Of a stretch of DNA of 32,000 nucleotides, positions 7,973-16,585 are shown piece after piece (positions within the stretch are counted from its first letter, which is position 1; the number at the start of each line of letters is the position of its first letter). The stretch lies in the NCBI GenBank assembly GCA_035390665.1, contig DAOOUC010000002.1:90001-122000 (forward strand), given 5' to 3'. The stretch comes from an archaeon. Lineage in GTDB: Archaea; Iainarchaeota; Iainarchaeia; Iainarchaeales; CSSED10-239. Position numbers and translations under genes: made by a program. The notes under the pieces were generated by a model. The model was not told the origin of the DNA and ran no database searches. It saw nothing but the letters and a program-made list of their open reading frames with translations.

Positions 7973-9840
7973 TTTATATGCAAAAAAAAATAATTGATTA
8001 TCAAGATAAAAATACAAAGCAAGCTAATAATAAATTAAGATATTTATTAGTGGGTTTTTTCATTTTATTGGTTTCCGTATTTAGTGTAAGATATATTTTT
8101 GCTTCAGATATTGAATTAGAATTTGATAAGCAAACATATTCTGTAATGGAAGGATCAAGCACAAAAATTGGGTTTACAATCTACAATAATTCTGAATCAA
8201 AATTAAATCTTTTATTGTGGGCAGATTGTGATGATGAGGATGAAGAACTAAGTTGTAATTATTCTCAAAGAATAATAATGCATGGAAACTCAACTCAAAC
8301 AAGTTCTTTTTATGTTACAGGAAGAGAAGATTCATCAACAGATCTTACAATTTATGTAAATGAGTTAGATTCAGATAAAATAAATGAATATTCAGTAGAT
8401 ATAGATGTTATTGATGATGAAGAAGACGGAGAATTTGAAATAGAAGTATATAATTCAAGTATTTGTATTGGAAAAACTAACAAAATGACATTTGAAATAA
8501 ACAATAATGCAAGTGATGGATTATATAATTTATTTTTAACAAGTGATAGATTAGAAATAAATTCAGAATATTCTAATCCTGTTTATTTAAGAAATGAAAA
8601 AGAAATAGATTATTATGTTTTTGTTCCAGAAAACACAGAAGAAGGACAAGTTTTTAATTTAAGATATACTATAGAAGATAATGAGATTTTAGAAACAAAA
8701 TCAATATCAGTATATGCTAGAAATTGTCCAGATACTTTTGTTGATTTTAGTGTAACTGGTCCAACAACTATCTCTTATAATATAAATAAAAATGAAGAAA
8801 AGGTTGTAAACTATACAATAAAAAACAATTCAAATAGCAATAAAACAATATATATTTCAGAAGAACATACAGAAGATAAAATAGAAGTAAATATTTCTCA
8901 AAGAACAATTGTTTTATCTCCAAATGCTTCAAAGACAATAGATGTAAAGATTAAAACAACAGAAGACATTAAATCTGGAAGCTATGATTTAAGTTTAAAT
9001 TTCTTTGATGGGATAAACAATATTAATAAAAAAGTAAAATTACTTGTTAACCCAGAACATAGTATTGAAGTAGAAACATTAAATGGTATAAGTCAGACAT
9101 TAATAATTGGTCAAAATTTAGAGTTGCTTTTAATTATAAAAAACAAAGGAGATATAAGAGATGAGTTTACAGTAACTACTACGGTTGATAATGATGTAAA
9201 AGTAAGAACAACAGAAAATAGCTTTTCTGTTTATCAAAATAGCACTGTTCCTTTCTCAATGGTTTTATCTTCAGGAAGTAGAACACAAACAGGATATGCC
9301 TATTTAAATGTAAAAATTCAAGGAAAAGATAGTGATTTCTATAAAGAAGTTAATTACATTATTAATGTAATAAGAGACACACCAGTTGCTGGATTAGAAA
9401 TATTATCTTATCCAAGAGAAATAAATGTTGTCCCAGAAAGCAATCAAGAAGTGGATTTTATTTTGAAAAATATTACTAATTCAAAAGTAATAATTGATTA
9501 TATAGAATTAACAGATGCCTCTCAAGAGATAACAATAATTGCCCCAAGAGATTCAGTTATAGAACCACAAAATACAAAGACTATAAAAGTAAAGTTTGAT
9601 ATAGGCGACATAAAAGAAAATCAAAATGCAAAAATAAGATTTGTTACAAGAAATGGGGGAATTTTAGAAAGACAAATTAAATTCAATATAGATGATGGGC
9701 AAGAATTAGATTCAGATAGTAAATCAGGAATAACAGGATTTTTGTCTTTAAAAAATTCTATATTTACTGGCATAATTGTAGTATGTTTAGCAATAATCCT
9801 ATTATTTGTATTAGGAATATTTAAGACAAAAAAAATTTAG
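7969..9840 (+). CDS. Large membrane-anchored surface protein with about 5-6 Ig-like (CARDB/NEW3-like) repeats
   Basis: An ATGA overlap with the upstream gene implies coupling. There is an N-terminal TM/signal anchor (LRYLLVGFFILLVSVFSV). Strand motifs repeat (FTIYNNSES, FEINNNASD, YTIKNNSNS, LLIIKNKGD, FILKNITNS). The C-terminus reads SGITGFLSL, then the TM helix IIVVCLAIILLFVLGIF, then KTKKI. Confidence 0.6.
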   Translation: MIYMQKKIIDYQDKNTKQANNKLRYLLVGFFILLVSVFSVRYIFASDIELEFDKQTYSVMEGSSTKIGFTIYNNSESKLNLLLWADCDDEDEELSCNYSQRIIMHGNSTQTSSFYVTGREDSSTDLTIYVNELDSDKINEYSVDIDVIDDEEDGEFEIEVYNSSICIGKTNKMTFEINNNASDGLYNLFLTSDRLEINSEYSNPVYLRNEKEIDYYVFVPENTEEGQVFNLRYTIEDNEILETKSISVYARNCPDTFVDFSVTGPTTISYNINKNEEKVVNYTIKNNSNSNKTIYISEEHTEDKIEVNISQRTIVLSPNASKTIDVKIKTTEDIKSGSYDLSLNFFDGINNINKKVKLLVNPEHSIEVETLNGISQTLIIGQNLELLLIIKNKGDIRDEFTVTTTVDNDVKVRTTENSFSVYQNSTVPFSMVLSSGSRTQTGYAYLNVKIQGKDSDFYKEVNYIINVIRDTPVAGLEILSYPREINVVPESNQEVDFILKNITNSKVIIDYIELTDASQEITIIAPRDSVIEPQNTKTIKVKFDIGDIKENQNAKIRFVTRNGGILERQIKFNIDDGQELDSDSKSGITGFLSLKNSIFTGIIVVCLAIILLFVLGIFKTKKI

Positions 9841-11420
9841 ATAAGTGATTTTTGTCTTTCTTCCATTTCTTTAATTTTATTTTCCATTAAATTAAAGGTG
9901 TTGTTTATTTTTTCTATATTTTTGTCAATAATTGCAATAAATTGATCTCTAAACATATTTAGTTCTGTGATTTTTTCTTTAGCAATATCTATTGTAGTTT
10001 GTAATTGTTCAATTCTTTTAATTTCATCATCTACTGTTTTTATTTTTCCTTTTATTTCTTGAGTAATTGCGCTTTCGTAAATTTTTAGAGATTGTGAGAT
10101 TTTTTCATCAACGGCATTAATTAATTGAGATTCAAATCCTTCAAGTTCTTTTAATTTTCTATTAATAATTTCAGGATCGGTTTTAGCAACAATAGTGTCT
10201 TTTACTTTGTTTATTTCTAATAGTTCTTTTGCAATTTCATCTTTGAATGCTTCTCTAGCTTTAGTTAAAAATTCGTTCTTTACAGCATCAAATCTTAGTT
10301 CATATCTATTTGCTAATTGTTGTTTAAATGATTCTAATTGATTTAATTTATCATAAAGTTGTTGTGGATTTATTTGTTTATTTATTCCTTCTTTAAATTC
10401 ATTTAGTTTTTTAATTTCTTCAATTACTGCTGTTTGTGTATTCTTTATTAATCCTTGTGTGATTTTAGATTGTAAAGCAAGTATATCATTTATCTCTTTT
10501 ATTTTTGCATTTAATTTTACTGTGGTTGTTGCTACAATTTTATTTACATTTTCTTGATTTAGTTTAGTGGTCTCGGTTATTTGATTTTGGAATTCTTGGA
10601 ATTTAATCAAAAGTGCTTCTATTTCTTGTTTGCTATTGTTTATGTCTTCTGCTTTTTTGTTTATTTTCGCTTGCTCTACTTTTAATTGTGCAAGTTGTTT
10701 TGTTAATTGAGTAGAAATGCCACTTACTTGTTCAGCTACTTGTTCATTTATTTTACCCATTAATAATTGTTTTGTAGTTTCTTGGATTTTTTTGTATTTT
10801 TCTATTTCTAAATCAATTTTAGATTTTAAATATTCTTCCATTTTTGTTTGTCTAATTTCAACTTCATTGATTTTTGTATTAATTGTTGTAACAAGTCCTG
10901 TTTGCCAAACATCTGCAGTGTTATTAGTTGTTTCAATCTTAGAATATTCTGGTTCTTTTTTCTTTGTTGTTTGAGGGGTTGGTGTGTAGGTATTAAAATC
11001 ATCAAAAGACACTGTATCTTTATCGCTAGAATAGTCTAATCCACTAATATCTAAGCCTTTAGTAATATCAGGTATATCTTTAGTTTCATCTTTTGTTTCT
11101 GGAATTTCAGGAACTGTTAATTTAGCAATTTCTGTTTCTTCTGAAAATAAATTATCAGGTATTTCACTTTTGTTAAAAATAGTTTTTGGTTCTTCCGTAA
11201 TCTTAGTTGTCGTCACTTTAGAATCTGTACTTTTTATGTCGTTAACTTTTAATTCAGTAACAGAAGATGTTTTTGTTTCTTCAAAGGCATTACTAATTAA
11301 ATCATCACAATCTTTAGCTGAAAGTCCCATCTTTAATAAATTATCTTTAATGTCTTCTTTAGACATTCCTAAATCTTTTAATTTTTTTATATTTTCTATA
11401 ATTCTTGGATCTGGAATCAT
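9837..11420 (-). CDS. Protein with UBA-like N-terminal domain, Thr/Glu/Lys-rich linker and ~330-aa coiled coil; function unknown
   Basis: The N-terminus IENIKKLKDLGMSKEDIKDNLLKMGLSAKDCDDLISNA has the shape of a three-helix UBA/TS-N domain. A low-complexity linker follows, then heptad-rich sequence with repeated P-x-x-L/I-x-x-K-L-x-x-L-E-x-F-x-x-Q-L units. The start overlaps the adk stop (ATGA). Confidence 0.6.
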   Translation of the reverse strand: MIPDPRIIENIKKLKDLGMSKEDIKDNLLKMGLSAKDCDDLISNAFEETKTSSVTELKVNDIKSTDSKVTTTKITEEPKTIFNKSEIPDNLFSEETEIAKLTVPEIPETKDETKDIPDITKGLDISGLDYSSDKDTVSFDDFNTYTPTPQTTKKKEPEYSKIETTNNTADVWQTGLVTTINTKINEVEIRQTKMEEYLKSKIDLEIEKYKKIQETTKQLLMGKINEQVAEQVSGISTQLTKQLAQLKVEQAKINKKAEDINNSKQEIEALLIKFQEFQNQITETTKLNQENVNKIVATTTVKLNAKIKEINDILALQSKITQGLIKNTQTAVIEEIKKLNEFKEGINKQINPQQLYDKLNQLESFKQQLANRYELRFDAVKNEFLTKAREAFKDEIAKELLEINKVKDTIVAKTDPEIINRKLKELEGFESQLINAVDEKISQSLKIYESAITQEIKGKIKTVDDEIKRIEQLQTTIDIAKEKITELNMFRDQFIAIIDKNIEKINNTFNLMENKIKEMEERQKSLI

Positions 11421-11983
11421 ATTTTGTGTTCCTTTAATTTTCTTTTAATTTCTTTATAAACATTTTCAATTGATTGATTTCCATCAATTTCTATAAGTTT
11501 GCCTTTTTCTTTATATCTTTGAATTACTTTTTTTGTTATCTTGTCGTAATCTTCTAGTCTTTTCTTAATTGCTTTTTCTGTATCGTCATTTCTTTTTCTT
11601 AATAATAGTCTTTTTACACTTTCTTTTTTTGAAATATTAAGATGGATTACTCCAACTAATTCGTAATCATTAGAATGTAAAAAATAATCAAAAACTGCTG
11701 CTTGATCATATTCTCTTGGAAAGCCATCCATTAATATTTTATTTGATTTTTCTTTTTTTATTTTATTAAAAATTAAATCACTTGCAATTTCTAAAGAAAC
11801 CATATTTCCTTTACTTATGATTTCATTAATCTTTTTTCCTAAAATTGTTTTCTTATTTACTTCTTCTCTTAAGATTTCGCCCATAGAAAAAGGTTTGTAA
11901 CCAAAATCCCTTTCTATAAGTTTATTTTGGGTTCCTTTTCCGCTACCTGCTGGACCAACCATTATGATTATTTTTTTAGTCAT
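11417..11983 (-). CDS. adk: Adenylate kinase, short-lid bacterial/eukaryotic type
   Basis: The P-loop is GPAGSGKGTQ, followed by FSMGEILRE and LMDGFPRE. The 188-aa length and absence of a Cys4 lid indicate the short-lid type. It is not the archaeal trimeric AdkA type. Confidence 0.9.
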   Translation of the reverse strand: MTKKIIIMVGPAGSGKGTQNKLIERDFGYKPFSMGEILREEVNKKTILGKKINEIISKGNMVSLEIASDLIFNKIKKEKSNKILMDGFPREYDQAAVFDYFLHSNDYELVGVIHLNISKKESVKRLLLRKRNDDTEKAIKKRLEDYDKITKKVIQRYKEKGKLIEIDGNQSIENVYKEIKRKLKEHKI

Positions 11984-12050
11984 AACTATTTCTATTTAAA
12001 ACTTATATTTTTAAACTGCTCTTCTAATAAATATATTATATAATATATAG

Positions 12051-12070
12051 AAAAACTTAGTATTTAAAAA
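12051..12070 (+). promoter_or_regulatory. BRE/TATA-like box (AAAAACTTAGTATTTAAAAA) for the tRNA gene
   Basis: TATTTAAA at 12061-12068 is centred about 27 nt upstream of tRNA position 1 (12092), which is the canonical archaeal TATA-to-TSS spacing. Confidence 0.5.
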
Positions 12071-12091
12071 TGTTTCTTATTTTAGAAAAAA

Positions 12092-12166
12092 AGGCCGGTA
12101 GCATAGTTTGGATAGTGCACAAGCCTCCTAAGCTTGGGATCGCGGGTTCGAATCCCGCCCGACCTG
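12092..12166 (+). tRNA. tRNA-Arg (anticodon CCU)
   Basis: Cloverleaf folded by hand. The acceptor is AGGCCGG/CCGACCT. U8 is present. The D arm is GCAT/GTGC with a GG-containing loop. The anticodon stem is CAAGC/GCTTG with loop CT-CCT-AA, and the variable loop is 5 nt. The T arm is GCGGG-TTCGAAT-CCCGC, the discriminator is G, and no CCA is encoded. Confidence 0.85.
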
Positions 12167-12257
12167 TATAGAAATTTTAACTAAGTTGCAATAAGTAGAT
12201 ACCTTTAAATATATTTTAGTTTACTATTACTATAGAATAATAAATATAGGAAAGAAA

Positions 12258-13691
12258 ATGTATTACACAAGATGGTATTTCGATGAGATTTTTAGAATTA
12301 TTGGTCAGATTATCTATTACAGTAGTTTTGTATTTTTAATTCCATTAATATTGTCTATTATTTTAAAAGAGCAAACCTTATTTATAGGAAATTATGCTTT
12401 ATCTTTTCTAATTGTTTTTTTATTTGGATTAATTTTATATAAATTTATTCCAAAAAATAATTTTGTAGAACTAAGTGGAATACATTATTTATTAATTGTT
12501 TGTGGATTATGGTTGATTTTTTGTACAGTGTCAACAATTCCATATTATGTTTTTGGATATAGCTTTATTGATTCATTCTTTGATACGATGTCTCTTCTTA
12601 CAACAACAGGGACAACAACATTACCTTACATTATAGATTTAACAAGTTTTCATGTCTGGAGAGCTATACTTTCATGGATAGGTGGTATCGGAATAGTTTT
12701 AATTGCATTCTATGGATTATTGAATACCAATATCTTTTTTTCAAAAAAAATTGCAATGGCAGAAGGTCACGATCAAATGACAAATTCCTATAAAGGAACA
12801 ATAAAAGCACTTTGGATAATATATATTGTTTTAACTATTATTGGAATTATTCTATTATTATTGGTTGGAATGGATTTATTAAATTCAGTAACTTATACAA
12901 TGTCAGCAATTTCTACAACAGGACACGATATGCCAAATGCAAATTATATATATAATGGTAATATTCAATTAGTAATTGCATTTATTATTTTATTGGGAGC
13001 AACATCATTTGTAACTCATTATAAGGTTTATAAAGAAAAAAACCCGTTAGTATATTTTAAAGATCCGCAGTTTATTTTTATTTCAGTTATAATATTTATA
13101 TTTTTCTTAATATTTTATGCATATTTACACACAACACAAACTTGGCAAAGCATACTTGGTTTAATAGTAGGATCCATGGGTGGTGGTTTTATAGTATTTT
13201 CTCCAGAAATGATTTTAGGATTAGCACCATTGCTTTTTTTATTGTTATTATTTGTTATGTTTGTGGGTGGTGCAAAAGGGTCTACTGCTGGTGGTATTAC
13301 ACAAGAAAGATTTCTATTATTAATTAAATCAATTTTTTGGCAAATTAAAGAGATAAGATTACCGGATCTTTCAACTATTTCAAAAAAATACGACGATAGA
13401 ATTATAGATGATGATGAAATAAAATTATTATATTTTTTTGTGGCAAGCTATTTATTTTTTATAGTTTTTGGAGTATTAGTATTAACGGCTTATGGTTATC
13501 CATTAAATACAAGTATTTTTGAAGTTATTTCAACTCAAGGAAATATTGGTATTCCAATAGGAATTGCTGAATATAGTATGCCATTAATACCAAAAATTGT
13601 ATTAATATTAAACATGTGGGTTGGAAGATTAGAAATAATTCCAATATTTGGATTAATTGGAATGTTATTCCAAAGAACGAGGGTGATATGA
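12258..13691 (+). CDS. trkH: TrkH/KtrB-family K+ uptake membrane subunit
   Basis: 477 aa and polytopic. Four P-loop/selectivity-filter-like segments each carry a conserved Gly (LLTTTGTTT, AISTTGHD, GSTAGGIT, VISTQGNIG), as expected for the fourfold M1-P-M2 repeat. trkA starts 1 nt after the stop. Confidence 0.85.
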   Translation: MYYTRWYFDEIFRIIGQIIYYSSFVFLIPLILSIILKEQTLFIGNYALSFLIVFLFGLILYKFIPKNNFVELSGIHYLLIVCGLWLIFCTVSTIPYYVFGYSFIDSFFDTMSLLTTTGTTTLPYIIDLTSFHVWRAILSWIGGIGIVLIAFYGLLNTNIFFSKKIAMAEGHDQMTNSYKGTIKALWIIYIVLTIIGIILLLLVGMDLLNSVTYTMSAISTTGHDMPNANYIYNGNIQLVIAFIILLGATSFVTHYKVYKEKNPLVYFKDPQFIFISVIIFIFFLIFYAYLHTTQTWQSILGLIVGSMGGGFIVFSPEMILGLAPLLFLLLLFVMFVGGAKGSTAGGITQERFLLLIKSIFWQIKEIRLPDLSTISKKYDDRIIDDDEIKLLYFFVASYLFFIVFGVLVLTAYGYPLNTSIFEVISTQGNIGIPIGIAEYSMPLIPKIVLILNMWVGRLEIIPIFGLIGMLFQRTRVI

Positions 13692-13692
13692 A

Positions 13693-14349
13693 ATGTATGT
13701 AATTATTGTAGGAAGAAGTGCGGTTTCAAGACACGTAATAAGTCTATTAGAAGCAGAGGATCACGAAGTAGTGGTTATTGAAAAAGACCCAGCATTATCA
13801 AAGGCAATTGCTTATGATTATGATGTAATTACCGTTAATGGGGATGCAACAAATCCAAATACTTTAAAAAAAGCAGGAATTGATCATGCAGATGTTTTTT
13901 TAGCATTAACAGACGATGATGAAACAAATTTAATAATGGCTCTAATTGCTAAACAAGCAGGAGTAAAAATGGCTGCAGTAATCTTAAGAAAGATAAGTTA
14001 TCAAAAAGAAGTTTTTGATAAACTTGGAATTGATTATGTTATTCAGCCAGATTATGCAGCTGCAGGGTATATCACTCAATTAATAACCGATAAAGATATT
14101 CTAGATTTATCTTTCTTTTCTATGGGGGATGCAGGAATTGTTGAAAATGTAATAAAAAAAGAAAGTAAACACCTAGGATTACATATCTCTAAATTTAAAA
14201 CTCTTTTACCTGAGGATACAAACATTATTGGATACTTCAAAGATGGAAACTTTAATGTCTATAAGGACACAGACATTTTAGAAGAAGGTCAAAAGATTTT
14301 AATTGTTGCAAAAAAAGAGCAAATGAAAGAAGTAAAGAAATTGATTTAA
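13693..14349 (+). CDS. trkA: TrkA/KtrA-type RCK regulatory subunit (TrkA-N + TrkA-C)
   Basis: EVVVIEKD and GDATNPNTLKKAGIDHADVFLALTDDDETNLIMALIAK are typical of TrkA-N, and a C-terminal TrkA-C-like domain follows. The N-terminal dinucleotide loop reads IIVGRSAVS rather than G-x-G-x-x-G. Confidence 0.8.
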   Translation: MYVIIVGRSAVSRHVISLLEAEDHEVVVIEKDPALSKAIAYDYDVITVNGDATNPNTLKKAGIDHADVFLALTDDDETNLIMALIAKQAGVKMAAVILRKISYQKEVFDKLGIDYVIQPDYAAAGYITQLITDKDILDLSFFSMGDAGIVENVIKKESKHLGLHISKFKTLLPEDTNIIGYFKDGNFNVYKDTDILEEGQKILIVAKKEQMKEVKKLI

Positions 14350-15116
14350 TTTTCAATTTCTTCTAATTCTTGTGCACCATTATCAGATGGTATTTCTTCA
14401 AAATGTATACAGATTGTGTGTCTATATTTTCTTCTGCCATCTTTGTCTGCAGTAATAAGAGATCTTGTTTTTTGCCAAGTTTTAGCGTGTTTGTTTAAAA
14501 TTATTGTTTTTCTAACTTTCTCAGTATGATCAATGTCATTTAAATAAATGTCAATACCTGTTTTTTGATCCACTTTTTTAGAAATAAAAAATGGTTTTGT
14601 TTTATTTGCAGCCGCATTGTTTATAGAATTAACTTGTGTTTCTATTTGTTTAACAAGTGCCGGTTGTAGTTCTTTTAAAAGTTCTTTAGTATCAAATCTT
14701 AATTGTAAAATAGTAGTATAGTAATGACTTGCAAATTTTAAACATTCAGCACAAGGTTCAACTCTAAAAGACACATCTTTTTCCATTGTTATTTCTTTTA
14801 TTGCATTTCCAAATAAGGCTTTAACAACAACTTTAACATAATATTCATGTCTTTCAAAGTCAGTAATAAAAGTAACCATTGGTTTTGCTTGCTCAAGTTC
14901 TTTTATCCTTATGTGTTTAGACAGTTCATGTTCAAGTTCTGGTTTTTTCATAAGTCTCTTAGCATATCTATAACTATCACATTTAGAACAATAAGTAATT
15001 TCAAATTTAGGTGCTGTGATTACAGGATTTTCAGAAACATAGCATTCAATACAGAAATTATTTATCATTTTTTCTTCTGGAACAGTCTTTCCACATTTTG
15101 GACAAAATCTTTGCAT
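14346..15116 (-). CDS. NMD3-family protein (archaeal homolog of the 60S export/maturation adaptor)
   Basis: The N-terminal Cys clusters are FCPKCG...FCIECY...YCSKCDSY, with a further CAEC. Length and layout match the short archaeal NMD3 N-terminal domain proteins. Confidence 0.75.
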   Translation of the reverse strand: MQRFCPKCGKTVPEEKMINNFCIECYVSENPVITAPKFEITYCSKCDSYRYAKRLMKKPELEHELSKHIRIKELEQAKPMVTFITDFERHEYYVKVVVKALFGNAIKEITMEKDVSFRVEPCAECLKFASHYYTTILQLRFDTKELLKELQPALVKQIETQVNSINNAAANKTKPFFISKKVDQKTGIDIYLNDIDHTEKVRKTIILNKHAKTWQKTRSLITADKDGRRKYRHTICIHFEEIPSDNGAQELEEIEN

Positions 15117-15126
15117 AATTCTTTAC

Positions 15127-16428
15127 CTACTCTAAATCAATTGTTTCTCCAAGTGCAGGATTTTCAGCAACAATTCCAAGTTTTTTAAGTTCGTCTTTAA
15201 AATGGAAGGTTGTGTCTTTATCTCCATGTACACAAATTACTTTTTTTGGATTTACTTTTTTTACTAATTCCAATAGTTCATCTTTTCCTGCATGTCCTGA
15301 AAAACTATGCTTGGTTATTTTTGCTCTTGGAGAATAAACTTTTCCATCAATATAGATTTTATTTTTTTCTAATAATCTTCTTCCATTTGTTCCTTCTACT
15401 TGATAACCAGTAAGAATAATTCTATTTCTTGGATCATCTCCAAGTTCTCTTATATAGTAAAGAACAGGCCCGCCTTCAAGCATTCCTGCAGTAGTAATTA
15501 TTATACATGGTTCTTGTTTACTAATAATCTTGTCTCTTTTCTTTTGATTTTTAATATATTCTACTCTTTCTACTGCTTTCTTAAATCTTAAGAAATCATT
15601 AAAGTGTGCTGGATATTGAGAAAAAATAGTTGTTGCTGTTTTTGCCATTCCATCAAGGTATATTGGAACTTGAATATTGTATCTATCAAGAATACTAATT
15701 AATTCTTGAGATCTTTCAATAGCAAAAGCAGGTAAAATTACAATTCCTCTGTTATCAATTGTTTCTTTAATTTCTTCAATTAATACTTTTTCTTGTTCTT
15801 TTCTATTTTTGTGAACCTCATCTCCATAAGTTGTTTCTGTTATCAAGTAATCAACTTGTGGTAATTTTTTATCATAACCTTTAAACATTTGGCTTTCTGA
15901 ACCTCTAAAGTCTCCGGTATAAAGTATTTTTTTTTTATCCATCTCTACAAGAGGCATAACGCTTCCAACAATATGTCCTGCATCAAAAAATGTTATTGTT
16001 GTGTTGTCTGTAATCTGTATTGGTTTTTTATAATCAATATAGAATGCAGAATTATTTGTATCATCCACATGTTGTTGTTTAAATCCACAATCTTCTCCAG
16101 TCAATTTTGCAATCTTTAATGTGTCTTTCCATAATAGATTAGACAATTGTAAGGTTGCTTCTGTTAAAAAAAGTGGAGCATTTGCACTTTTATATAGTGA
16201 TGGCACAGCACCTGAGTGGTCCAAATGTGCGTGACTTAATATCACTCCATTAAGTGGATCTTTAACAGGTCTTGGATGCTCTGTTTTAGATGGCATTTCC
16301 AAATCTGTAGCCGTTTTTGTTGTAGGATTAAGTTTCAAACCATAATCCAATAGTATGTTGTCTTTGCCTTTAAGAAGAATAGCACTTCTACCTACTTCTT
16401 GTCCGGCGCCTAAACATTGTACTTTCAT
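15127..16428 (-). CDS. Beta-CASP metallo-beta-lactamase ribonuclease, aCPSF2-like (no KH domains)
   Basis: The MBL motif is LSHAHLDHSG. DAGHIVGS and YTGDF are present, and the C-terminus carries SGHAGKDEL and VHGD (beta-CASP motifs B/C). The protein is 433 aa. Confidence 0.85.
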   Translation of the reverse strand: MKVQCLGAGQEVGRSAILLKGKDNILLDYGLKLNPTTKTATDLEMPSKTEHPRPVKDPLNGVILSHAHLDHSGAVPSLYKSANAPLFLTEATLQLSNLLWKDTLKIAKLTGEDCGFKQQHVDDTNNSAFYIDYKKPIQITDNTTITFFDAGHIVGSVMPLVEMDKKKILYTGDFRGSESQMFKGYDKKLPQVDYLITETTYGDEVHKNRKEQEKVLIEEIKETIDNRGIVILPAFAIERSQELISILDRYNIQVPIYLDGMAKTATTIFSQYPAHFNDFLRFKKAVERVEYIKNQKKRDKIISKQEPCIIITTAGMLEGGPVLYYIRELGDDPRNRIILTGYQVEGTNGRRLLEKNKIYIDGKVYSPRAKITKHSFSGHAGKDELLELVKKVNPKKVICVHGDKDTTFHFKDELKKLGIVAENPALGETIDLE

Positions 16429-16585
16429 GTTATATCGTCTCCTTATGTTTAATAAAAATAATAATTAAATAGATTACCTATGTAATTTTAAATGTAATAT
16501 ATAGTCTAATTAGAATTTAGATATATTTAAATAATATATAATTTATAGTATATATAGGTTTTTAAATATATTTTTGGTGGAAAAA

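Noticed and set aside
12000-12260. I considered whether the tRNA gene serves as an integration site for a mobile element, given the accessory-looking genes upstream.
   Set aside because: I saw no integrase or recombinase, no repeat of the tRNA 3' end nearby, and no compositional break. The flanking genes (adk, trkH) are housekeeping.
16574-16585. The track starts the ATP-grasp ORF at a TTG (MVEK...).
   Set aside because: The in-frame ATG at 16586 follows directly, and the preceding sequence is promoter-like AT-rich DNA. The ATG is preferred.
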